64,000 nucleotides of DNA, from NCBI GenBank assembly GCA_964016885.1, contig OZ024740.1:113088001-113152000 (forward strand). Direction: 5' to 3'. Shown in pieces: positions 27,410-39,595 of the stretch. Under the pieces are notes generated by a model. It ran no database searches. It saw nothing but the letters and a program-made list of their open reading frames with translations, and was not told the origin of the DNA. Made by a program: the position numbers and the translations under genes. Origin of the DNA: Eledone cirrhosa (taxonomy: Eukaryota). The number at the start of each line of letters is the position of its first letter. Position 1 is the stretch's first letter.

Positions 27410-28626
27410 TTGTCCCCGTCAATACCTCACCAAGATGGAACACATGCTCTTCCAGTTCCTTTGGAAGGAGCTGGCTCCACTGGTTAGGAGATCTGTCTGC
27501 TGTCAGCACCCTTCCAACAGAGGGCTGGGATTGCCGTGGCTGATGATGCGCGAACACGCACTGAGGCTACGGCATCTCCAGGTATTCCGCAGCAAACAAC
27601 TGGTGTGGGCCCGGTTTGTGAGACAGTCCTTCCGCAACTTCTCTCGCTGACGGATCTGCAGTCCTGGTCAAGCGGAGACCGAAGAAAATGGGCGCCTGGC
27701 ACATTGAATGCGCTCAGGCGTTCACAGTCCTCTTTCAGACGGGCACAGCAATCAGTGGAGACTCCACTTCGACATTCTATAGAGGGTTAGTACGTTACAA
27801 GTGCGGCGACGTGCTCAGGGAGACTCTAGGCGTCGAAGACGACGAGCTCACAAGTCTGTTCGGTAGGACTTTCCGCCCGGGACCCATGGATAACTTCCAG
27901 AGGTCCCTGGCAATGCTACCGAGGAGCTCTACCAGTTCGAGACAAGATCTACAGGTACAGACGCCCCGGCAGGGATCCTTCAAAGAGGACGTGTCCAAGA
28001 TGCGAGCAGGACATTAAAACCGTCTTGCACGCAATTGTACACTGCCCGGGCGTAACCGACCTGTGGAGCTACGCAGAACAACTGCTGTCACGTATGGGAC
28101 AAATCCAGTTGACTGCCGAGTCCATAGTAAGGATCAAACCGCCAACTTCTTTCAAAAACGAAAGAGAGGCGGTTTTCCTCTATATAGTGGTTATGGTAAA
28201 AGAGATTATATGGTGGACGAGATTGACAGGACTGAGGACAGATGCCTTTCTCTCCGGACAACAACTCATTCCCTTCTTTAGGTACCACTTTAGAAGGAGA
28301 ATCAGAGTGGAGAGAGAGGCACTGCACCCCAGTAAATTTACTGAAAGGTGGGTGAATGTAGCAAAAATGGCCCGAGTGATTGGGCCTTCTCTGTATATAA
28401 ACCTGTAGGTTGAAGATGAGAGTAAAAGGAAGAAAGGAGCACTTGCACAACACGCTCCTGGAGTTGAGGGATGTTCTATCTACGGGGTATTAAACAACCC
28501 ATTTGTAACGCCTCGATTGTTGAATTTGTTTGTTTAAACATTTTTTTTACACGATTCCATGTAAAATCCCGGCATATGTCCTTGTATTGTCCCCATTTCT
28601 TGTGCGCCCTTGTGGCAGATAAAGAA

Positions 28627-28629
<3 letters not shown>
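27410..28629 (+). mobile_element. 5'-truncated Tx1/L1-type LINE of a sister family, ending in (ATCT)n
   Basis: LFQFLWK..PLVRRSVCCQHP..GLGLPWLMMR, MDNFQRSL and IIWWTRL parallel ORF2 at 16060-17053; 3' end CCCTTGTGGCAGATAAAGAAAT. Confidence 0.88.
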
Positions 28630-28664
<35 letters not shown>

Positions 28665-28708
28665 ATATCTATCTATCTATCCATCTATCCATCTATCTAT
28701 CTATCTCC

Positions 28709-28744
<36 letters not shown>

Positions 28745-29006
28745 GCGTGTGTGTGTGTGTTGTTGTGTAACTGTTCTACTCCTGTAGGTGTCATTTATAA
28801 TATATATATATATACATAGGTTTACATGAATATTTATGTTTATGTGTATATGAGTGTATGTTTTGTGAGTATGTGTATTCATTCAGTGACATTCTAGCAT
28901 ATAATATAGAATCGTGAATAAAATCTAGATAGTATAAATACATACACACTGACACCTACAGAGAGATACATACGCATGCAGACACACACACTCACACACA
29001 CGCACG

Positions 29007-29110
<104 letters not shown>

Positions 29111-29154
29111 TACATACATACATACATACATACATACATACATACATACATACA

Positions 29155-29190
<36 letters not shown>

Positions 29191-30088
29191 TATATATATT
29201 GTACTTATTTTCTTTCCTTTCAGACTCATCATATGCTATATCTGTCCCAAATTCCCCATTTCTTTCCATACATTTTATATTCTTTTCCAGACATCCAAAC
29301 TTATTTTACTATTTTTTGTAGTAAGATTTTTGTCTCTCTTGACTTTTATTTATTTTTCAACTATTTTTCTCCAGAGTTTTCTTTTTACTTTCGTTCCTCT
29401 TTTTACCTTTCTTTCTCTCTCGTCACCCCTCTTTCTATTTTTAACATATTCTTGATACAATGAAGAAAATCAGTTAATTTTCCTGACGACAACCAATTTA
29501 TCTCGACAATACCGTTCAGTGAAAAACCAGTATTAATTTTTCTTTTACTTTTCCACATAAATTTAATCAATACTTTTATTAAATAATTCCTTTCCCGAAG
29601 TAATTAGTTCCGAACAAAAAGATTGTTTGTAATGCAAACACTGACCTTGAAGGGGCAAACACACATCGAATATTTGTCTGACTTTGCCACAATACACTGT
29701 ATTTATAGAAATGATATGGGATGTTGTAATGCGTTTATACTTTTTCATTTCTTGTATTACAAGGGTTTTTAAGTTTTATAAGGTGTTTTAAATAAGAGTC
29801 GAACGAGGAAGCCGTCTACGGTTCAATAGAAGATTAACGCTTGCACAGCTTCACTTAAAACAAACACCTGGGACTGGCGCTAACACGGCAGCCGCCTAGA
29901 GCAGATACTTCAGAGGGCCACATTAATGAACCTTAAATGTTAATTTTTTTTATTCAAATGAGTATAATTGAATATAATATATAATAAATCGTTGCGATCA
30001 ATAAGTTCATCGCTAGACATATTTGCCACGTAGAAACGTTGTGCAAATATCAATAGTGATGGAGAAAGTATCTTGCACAAGGTCACAA

Positions 30089-30161
<73 letters not shown>

Positions 30162-30390
30162 GTAATCTGAGTTTTTCGAATATTAATAATAACATTCGAT
30201 TTGCTTGCAATTATGCAGACAGGCCTCAATTTTATAGCCATGTCAGTAGAGTGAACCCTTCATTCTTGCTCTTGTGTTGGCATGCGAACAGAACTGCAGG
30301 CACTAAACCTTCATCAGTACAGCTTACTATTCACCTGCCAAACTGTCAGAACTAGTCAAAATATATGCTATTTTCAAAAATACACAGTAA

Positions 30391-30434
<44 letters not shown>

Positions 30435-30619
30435 CACACACATATATATATATATACACACACACACATATATATATATATATACACGCAAGGGAATACT
30501 ATCTGCAGTGTATTTTTGTTAGTCTTAAGACGGCAAAATATTATTTGAAAGACATTTAGCTGCTGTGTCTAGCAAGAGGATCAACAGGGTAGAAGCTTCT
30601 TCGTAGGACTTCTGATGTT

Positions 30620-30830
30620 ATTGGCTTCTAATTTAGGCACGATGCCAACAATTTTGGAGGAGATGTATGTCAATTAAATCCACCCCAGTACGTTCCTGGT
30701 AATGTATTTTATCGACCCCGTAAGGTTGAAAGGCAAAGCTAATATCGGCGAGAATTCAGAAGGTAAAGGGCCGTAACTTTATGAAGTGAATTTTTTTTCC
30801 TAACGTTCTACTGACACTGCCAATCCACTC
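30620..30830 (-). mobile_element. tRNA-derived SINE (main family, diverged)
   Basis: TTTTATCGACCCCGTAAGGTTGAAAGGCAAAG...CTGCCAATCCAC. Confidence 0.75.
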
Positions 30831-31968
30831 TATGGTTCTCGGATGATAATACTTATGGCAACTGTGATAATGGGTCGTTAATGTCTCCAGAATATATACA
30901 GGAGAAGCACTGAACATGCTTATCTTGAATACTAATAACAACAGGACACATAATATAGAAAGAAAGACTCTAATATTGTAACAGAACCTCGGTTGATTAC
31001 GACAGTGTGCATACAATCGTTCGATTAAATGAACGTTGGACTCATAAAGTTATGCGTATTCGGTTGAGTATTCCACAAACACCTGTATACTTAACGCAAT
31101 TCTCAGGCAGAATCATTACCACAAGTACAATCTATTCAACGGGTTTCCCATGTAGTTCCCGCATACCCAATTTCTCCCACAAACTTGGGTCGACCCGAGA
31201 TTTTGGTAAAAATAGTTGCCCAAGATGCATGCAATGAGATCGAACCCAGAAACATGAATACGTCTGCATTGGAAGAATAAGAACTAATTTAATAATATAA
31301 AACTGTGAATTAAGTGGTTGAGTATTCCACAGACACATGTATCCTTAGCGTAATTCGGAGGTAGAAACAATATGACAGAATATGTGATAAGGCTTGACTT
31401 TTAAATAATAGATATAATTAATGTATTTTCCGTCTACACAATTCACTGATGTATCGGTCAATTTGATGGTACGGTAAAGGAACTTGCCTAAGATGCCGCG
31501 CAAAGGTATTGAACACCAAACATCATGATTGCATCCATACTGAAAGTATAAGAACTTAGCTAATAGCATAAATACATATCCCTTTGGAATCTAATCTTTC
31601 AAGCATGTAAGAGAGAAAAAGCATAAGTTTTTTTTTCAGTATTAACTTTTTCAAAGAATCACAATTCTTATAAATTGATTATTTCACTTAACACTGACTG
31701 CAAGTTTTCTATAGATTTATTTATACATTAAGTGCAACAACCACACTCCTTCACTTATTTAGCTTTTTGATACTTTACACACTTAGCTCAGACTTCTATA
31801 CACGCGTACTCACGTTAACCCCAAAGAGACAAACAACCCCATACAAACAAACACACAGTCACTCACACATAGACACAACAAAACACACACATTCACACTC
31901 ACACACACACCTATATAAATAAATATACATAGATTTGTTTGTGCGCACATGTGTCTAAACATATATAT

Positions 31969-32052
<84 letters not shown>

Positions 32053-32455
32053 GGGGTTATATGTAATATGTATATATATATATATATATATATCCTGTTC
32101 TAAAATCCATCTGTCTAAACTATTAACTGCATTCGTTCTCAAACAAAAGGATGGTTTTATATTTAATATATAATATAAGGAAGTGTGTGTTTTTCTATCT
32201 ATTTGTAGACACATATACAAACATACGAAGACACGCACGTGTGGCTGTGTGTGTGAGTGAGTGTGCATGTGTTCGGGTATTTTGTTCTTTTTTTTCTTAT
32301 AGATTATAGATATATATTTTGAGCGTACAAGATTCTCTTCATGCATACATACAATTATTTACACGATATACTTGTACATATTCATGAATGTATATATAAA
32401 TACCATCATACAATCATCCTTATACACTAATATAACACTCATATATATATATATA

Positions 32456-32502
<47 letters not shown>

Positions 32503-32926
32503 GTGTGTGTGTGACTGTGTGTATATATATATAATATACATATATAGATATATACATATATAAATATATTAATATATATATATATATGTATATATATATG
32601 TGTATACACAAATACTTCGTCCATATTTTTTATCCCTCTCATCAATTTTTTGGTTCTTTTTTTTTGTTTTGTTTTTATCTACATGGTATTTTTACGCGAA
32701 GAATCACATTCCACCAAACTACGCATTAAATGGTGCATTTGAAGAAATATAGGAAGAACATCTGCTACAGTGCCTGGAGAAATTCCAGCCTCCAGGGCAC
32801 AAATAAGCGACTTTCGCCACACTTTTCATAGACCAAGGCTGCTGAATCACCCTTCATTTCCCATTATGTCATATTTCACAAAGCCAGGAATATTGGCCCA
32901 ACTTCCTTCCTTAAAGCGATCTTAGG

Positions 32927-32957
<31 letters not shown>

Positions 32958-32966
32958 GTATATGTA

Positions 32967-33005
<39 letters not shown>

Positions 33006-33056
33006 GTATATGTATGCATATATATATATATATATATATATACACATGTATATGTA

Positions 33057-33121
<65 letters not shown>

Positions 33122-33148
33122 ATGTATGCATATATGTATATATATGAT

Positions 33149-33182
<34 letters not shown>

Positions 33183-33693
33183 CATGTATATATATATATG
33201 TATATATATATGTATGTGTGTGTGTGTGTATATGTGTGTGTATGTTTGTGTGTGTGTTGCTTTTTGGTTATTTTCTTTGTATTTTTTATTGGCACACTCT
33301 TGTTGGAATCCTTTTATTATTCCTTTCATGTTTTTGTGTTCTGTAATGTGTGTGTGTGTGTGTGTGAGAGTGTGTGTGCGTGTGTGCGTGTGTACGTGCG
33401 TTTGTGTGTTATCTAACCATTTCCGTATCCTCTTCAGCTGAAAATATAATTTCAGCATCATTTCCCCACCAAAAAATACAATAACAACAACAACAACAAC
33501 ATATATTTTTTAAAAAACGAACAAAAAAATGAGAATGGCCAGTCGGCATGTATCCCAAAAGTATTCACAAATAAATACAAACAAACCTACATACACACGA
33601 AAATATACATACATACACATATATGTGTATGTATGTATATAAGTATGCATGCATGAATGTATATATAATATATATATGCATATATATAAATGC

Positions 33694-33759
<66 letters not shown>

Positions 33760-33861
33760 ATGTGTGAGTACATATTCGTGTGTCAATAGATTTTTTTATT
33801 CATTTTGCCGCTTGTATCTCAGTCGATAAATACATATAATAACCATGCAATGATATTCATT

Positions 33862-33899
<38 letters not shown>

Positions 33900-33946
33900 C
33901 ACACATATGTTCGTGTATGCATGTATGTAGATTGATATGCACAGAA

Positions 33947-34065
<119 letters not shown>

Positions 34066-34650
34066 TGAGAAAGAGACAGGGATAGACAGACAGATATATA
34101 GACAGATAAGGAAGGACTCAAAGATAATGAGAGACTGAAGAGACAAAGGGAGATAGAGGCAGACAGAGGCATGGAAGAGAAGAGGAGAAGTAGGAGTAAG
34201 ATATGCAGGAAGAGTAGGAGTAGGTGGAGGAGTGGTTGGGGGCGTATGCTTCTTGTATATTATGACGGCTGTTGGTACCATAAAGAATATTGATGGGTTT
34301 TGATTATCCAAGAGCTGAAAGAAAGCAAATGGAGGAAAGAAAGCAAAGGGACAATGTGTCTAGAAATAGGAATCAGAAAGTATTATAGATCGAAGAATCT
34401 GTCGAATGTAATATATAGGAAGAGCTGCAACGAGTGAATACATGCGTAAAGGCAGACGACCAATTATTATCTGAGAATGCATCTAACGACACATGTAACT
34501 ATGACGAAAGTGCCAGCGTATGAATGATCAAACCATACTATTATAGTACACTACACACTCAAACATATATATCTCCTTCACCCCCCTCTCTCTCTTCGTC
34601 TCTCTCGCCAGATATACCTACATCCCCCCCCCCACACACACACTCTCTCT

Positions 34651-34685
<35 letters not shown>

Positions 34686-34689
<4 letters not shown>

Positions 34690-35549
34690 GAAAAAGTTTG
34701 TCCTTCATCAGTGGCCTTCCAACCGTCGTAGGCATTTCATCGCTTTAAAGGCCATATACCTCAGGTTGGTGCGAGCAACGGCTAAAAAAAGTCGTTGGGA
34801 CACGTAAATAAAGGGGACGCCAGGGTAAACAAACAAAATGGTTTAAGCAACAGAAAGTGATGAAGAAGAAAGAAACAAGTCCCAGATTTCTATGAATATA
34901 AATTCGGTGGAATTGTGAACGAGAGAATAAAGACCATCAAACCTGGTTGAAATGTGAGCAAGGAAGGAATTTCGCACAGATCTAACGGGAGGAAGAAGGA
35001 AGAAGGGGTCTGGTCTGCGAATTCGGTAAACATAAGTTCTGTGAAGTCGCAGACGAGAAAGAGAGAGAGAAAAAAATTCATACCGGCTTGGGCAAGAGGG
35101 CGCGAGAAAAGGATTACGGACAGGTCAAACGGGAAGAAAGAGGAGGAGGAGAGGTAGTGACAGAGAATGAGTGAGTGAAAGGTGAGGAAGAGGCTAACAG
35201 AGAGAGAGAGACTGCTAGAAAGGGTAAAGATACCAAGAACGAAACAGACGGGTAGCAGCAGAGGAAAAAATATGTGTAAATATGATAATAATGTAGCTGC
35301 GGCGTTGCAAATGGGTTACATATGAAAAAGTTTGTCCTTCATCAGTGGCCTTCCAACCGTCGTAGGCATTTCATCGCATTAAAGGCCATATACCTCAGGT
35401 TGGTGCGAGCAACGGCTAAAAAAAGTCGTTGGGACACGTAAATAAAGGGGACGCTAGGGTAAACAAACAAAATGGTTTAAGCAACAGAAAGTGATGAAGA
35501 AGAAAGAAACAAGTCCCAGATTTCTATGAATATAAATTCGGTGGAATCG

Positions 35550-35553
<4 letters not shown>
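34686..35553. mobile_element. Non-coding element with 234-bp terminal direct repeats, inserted in (TA)n
   Basis: 34686-34919 and 35320-35553 are near-identical (period 634 bp); a diverged inverted copy lies at ~61237-61430. Confidence 0.7.
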
Positions 35554-35612
<59 letters not shown>

Positions 35613-35689
35613 ACACGCCCCCACACATATATATATGTACATATTTATATATATATATGTGTGTGTGTATGTGTGTGTGTGTGTGTGTG

Positions 35690-35905
<216 letters not shown>

Positions 35906-35941
35906 TGTGTGCATGTAGCAATTTTTATACTAAACTTTATA

Positions 35942-35970
<29 letters not shown>

Positions 35971-35978
<8 letters not shown>

Positions 35979-37037
35979 CGTAAGATAAGAAAATTATAAA
36001 ATTATAAAAAAATTATAAAATTGACTTACTTACTAAAATATCACTTCTAACTAATTAGTTTCTGGAATGGAGTAAATATATTTTCCGAAGAACATATTGA
36101 AAAGCATTCCGTCGTCAGGAAAGTCTATTTTCGTGTAAGTTACCAGGCATAGCGAGGACTCTGGAAACTTATTAATAAGTTTCCAGAGTCCTCGCTATGC
36201 CTGGTAACTTACACGAAAATAGACTTTCCCGACGACGGAATGCTTTTCAATATGTTCTTCGGAAAATATATTTACTCCATTCCAGAAACTAATTAGTTGG
36301 AAGTGATATTTTAGTAAGTAAGTCAATTTTATAATTTTTTTATAATTTTATAATTTTCTTAGCTTACGTCTCTCATATTATTGTTCTGCAACCCCATGCA
36401 TTGAACCACAATGTTACTAAGACAAAACCTATATATTTGCTAGCATTGATATGCATCTGTATGTATATAAATGTTACTAGATATAAATTCTTTATAATTA
36501 TCTCCAATTCATTTGTCGAGCAATATTGGCCATGACTGCTGCTATAGTAGTGGGCAGGCCACTGTCTTATTAACAACACGCTTTCCACTGATTGACCTCG
36601 ATGTCACGTGATTGATTCTTTTTGAATTTGCCACAGACGTAGAGGCAGTGATTTTCTCAATGGCTATGATTTCAGTCCACGCTTCGCTATTTCCTTTCCA
36701 CTGAATTATTTTTTTTAATAAGTTTCAAGAGTCCTCGCTATGCCTGGTAACTTACACGAAAATAGACTTTCCTGACGACGGAATGCTTTTCAATATGTTC
36801 TTCGGAAAATATATTTACTCCATTCCAGAAACTAATTAGTTGGAAGTGATATTTTAGTAAGTAAGTCAATTTTATAATTTTTTTATAATTTTATAATTTT
36901 CTTATCTTACGTCTCTCATATTATTGTTCTGCAACCCCATGCATTGAACCACAATGTTACTAAGACAAAACCTATATATTTGCTAGCAATGATATGCATC
37001 TGTATGTATATAAATGTTACTAGATATAAATTCTTTA
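35971..37037 (+). mobile_element. Non-autonomous Penelope-type/retrozyme-like element A: inverted pLTR + two direct pLTRs
   Basis: ~200-bp-arm palindrome centred at 36173/36174; 36174-36494 is repeated at ~36716-37037; three hammerhead copies; (TA)n flanks. Confidence 0.8.
36766..36847 (+). ncRNA. Type I minimal hammerhead ribozyme (element A, intact copy)
   Basis: Stem I ACTTTC/GGAAGT; CTGACGA 36772-36778; stem II GGAATG/CATTCC; GAAA 36828-36831; perfect palindrome ACTAATTAGT as stem III; GUU site after 36841. Confidence 0.75.
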
Positions 37038-37055
37038 TATATATATATATATATA

Positions 37056-37347
37056 TGTATTGAAATTTCCGTTGAAAACAGAAAAGGTCATAGAAGTGAA
37101 GAGTGCTCTATGTAAGTATCAGAGCAAAATTTAATGTATAAAAATCAATACAATATAATTACCTCATTACCAGAGGTTTCCCGAATGAGGCGAATTTTTT
37201 TTTTTTTTTTTTTGATGAGACTTTCCAAGTATTTACCCATGTTTTATATTGCCTCGTCTGACGAACGAATGAAGACGTTTCTTTCGTATTCGCCTCATTC
37301 GGGAAACCTCTGGTAATGAGGTAATTATATTGTATTGATTTTTATAC

Positions 37348-37352
<5 letters not shown>
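37056..37352. mobile_element. Fold-back element C (Penelope pLTR-derived)
   Basis: Inverted arms ~37132-37197 / 37288-37352, unpaired tail on the left, (TA)n flanks. Confidence 0.75.
37248..37325 (+). ncRNA. Type I hammerhead ribozyme (element C)
   Basis: 10-bp stem I ATTGCCTCGT/ATGAGGTAAT; CTGACGA 37258-37264; stem II CGAATGA/TCATTCG; GAAA 37303-37306; stem III ACC-TCT-GGT; GUA site after 37315. Confidence 0.8.
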
Positions 37353-37415
<63 letters not shown>

Positions 37416-37418
<3 letters not shown>

Positions 37419-37910
37419 GATATTAATAAATGGAAACTATATTTATAAAACCATATTTATTTCATTATACATATTTCAGGGATACCACATTAAATTATGG
37501 TATGCCTTCATCAGACAAAATACAATATATAACAGTTTTACAAATAGGTTTGACGTACCCTTTAAAATACAGCCAATATTTTTGGAGGCTGTCTGGATAG
37601 TGATTTGTTCATATAATCATTATATGAACAAATCACTATCCAGACAGTCTCCAAAAATAATGGCTGTATTTTAAAGGGTACGTCAAACCTATTTGTAAAA
37701 CTGTTATATATTGTATTTTGTCTGATGAAGGCATACCATAATTTAATGTGGTATCCCTGAAATATGTATAATGAAATAAATATGGTTTTATAAATATAGT
37801 TTCCATTTATTAATATCGTATATCTACTCCAAAAATTTGTCGAGTGCTTTATATCAGTTATAAAAATATTTACTTGTTGTATCCCAACAATTTTAAATAG
37901 AACTTTTGCA
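37416..37910 (+). mobile_element. Fold-back element B (200-bp arms, 1-nt loop) plus 3' tail
   Basis: Palindrome centred at 37618 (37418 pairs with 37818); unpaired tail 37824-37910; (TA)n flanks. Confidence 0.85.
37714..37778 (+). ncRNA. Type I minimal hammerhead ribozyme (element B; mirror copy on minus strand at 37458-37522)
   Basis: Stem I TATTTTGT/ATGAAATA; CTGATGA 37722-37728; stem II AGG-C-ATACCATA/TGTGGTAT-C-CCT; GAAA 37759-37762; self-complementary ATATGTAT; AUA site after 37770. Confidence 0.75.
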
Positions 37911-37921
37911 TATATATATAT

Positions 37922-38080
37922 ATAAACTTTAATATAGAAATGGCTTCTACATGATTTCTTTTGAATGAAACAATTCTCATCCTGTAGAAGCCATTTCTAT
38001 ATTAAACTTTATGTTTACACTCTACTAATGTATTGAGTACCTTACTAACTATGGTTATTCCCGATTAAACTTCTGACTCA
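37922..38080 (+). mobile_element. Short fold-back element with tail
   Basis: 30-bp arms 37922-37951 / 37983-38012, then a tail with an ACTC..GAGTAC stem. Confidence 0.65.
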
Positions 38081-38107
38081 CACAAACACACACACATATA
38101 TATATAT

Positions 38108-38317
38108 ATCCCTCTGTGGTTGAAGGTTGAGATGAAAGAGTACACAACACGAAGCAGAGTTTTAATATTCATGTTATTAAGGTTAAATAATGAGTCTTGT
38201 TTTTCTGGTGTTTCGAATGTTTATGACAGAGTCAGCACATAATCTGATGACCCTGTAATAAACAGGCGAAACGCCAGAGTAACAAGACCCACTATTTAGC
38301 CTTAATAAAATGAATAC
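38108..38317. mobile_element. Fold-back element D with hammerhead core lacking the 5' strand of stem I
   Basis: Diverged inverted arms ~38165-38234 / 38248-38316; CTGATGA 38244-38250, stem II CCTGT/ACAGG, GAAA 38268-38271. Confidence 0.65.
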
Positions 38318-38361
38318 ACACACACACACAGACACTTATATGTATAAATGTATGTATGTAC

Positions 38362-39301
38362 TAAAATATATATATATATATAGTTTTGCGAGGTTTTTTA
38401 ATATGAAATCGTGTGTCGAAACAAATATTGTTATACTTGTGTTGGGTCATATTTGTGTAATAATATTGCCAGAATTAATAACAGAATATACTCACTGTTT
38501 GATTGGTTTTCGCTTCTGTGTCGGTTAATTTAATTTATTCGGTCCTCAATGTTACCATTGACTGACCAACGGTCAAAAATACAGATACAATATATAGTCT
38601 AACAAAGTTCTTTCGTTGCACATCTGCAACATCGTCAGTGGTGCTATTATGTTTCCTCCCGTTGCATTGTATGCATACGACATCTTTATTTAGTCTGTTT
38701 ATTTATAGGCAAATCAGAGAGGCCAGCGAAATAGAACTTAGAAGGCCAAGGCGAAACAGAAAAAATGAATGGAATAACAACACCCAAACAAACAACACTG
38801 ACCTAAGAGAAGTATAAATAAATAAATAAATAAATACATACACAAGCACAATAACAACAAACACATATAAACACACACTAGTAAACTAAGATAGAATACA
38901 ATAACCAATACACAGTCACCCAAACACGAACACACATCAAACAAAACACTATACACACACGCAAACGCATGCGCAGAGAAGACACAAAAATAAACAAAAT
39001 AAATAAATAAACAGACTAAATAAAGATGGCGTACGCATACAATGCAACGGGAGGAAACATAATAGCACCACTGACGATGTTGCAGATGTGCAATGAAAGA
39101 ACTTTGTTAGACTATATATATATGTGTTTGTGTCTATATTGTATCTGTATTTTTGACCGGTGGTCAGTCAATGGTAACATTGAGGACCGAATAAATTAAA
39201 TTAACCGATATAAAGGACACAGAAGCGAAAACCAACCAAACAGTGAGTGTGTTCTGTTATTCTGGCAATATTATTACACAAATATGACCCTCCCCAAGTA
39301 T

Positions 39302-39310
<9 letters not shown>
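38362..39310. mobile_element. Fold-back element E (~290-bp arms around a ~290-bp spacer) with hammerhead-like cores
   Basis: Arms ~38424-38706 / 38998-39310; CTGACGA 39071-39077, stem II GTTGCA/TGCAAY, GAAA 39095-39098; stem I imperfect. Confidence 0.75.
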
Positions 39311-39344
<34 letters not shown>

Positions 39345-39595
39345 AGTACAGAATAAGCAAAACTATGTTCAAAACATTTTATTGCTGACAATCGTTTCTT
39401 CCAAACTTTCGGCTGATATAATCGGAGCACTAGCAAAGTTTAGACATATAATTAACCTTCTATTCCACAGAACAATCGTATAAATACATAGATGTTAGTG
39501 TTGTCATTAACAGTGTCATATTTAAAGTATAAATTATATTATTATTGTTATTAACTGCTCCATACTGTTGAGCTAACATACATAACATTACCAGT

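Noticed and set aside
29800-29940. GC-richer unique island with E-box and weak CTCF-like motif
   Set aside because: Short motifs only; no way to support a regulatory function from sequence alone.
30200-30330. Minus-strand CTGATGAAGG in a TA-flanked segment
   Set aside because: No matching stem II-GAAA-UH found; chance or heavily decayed.
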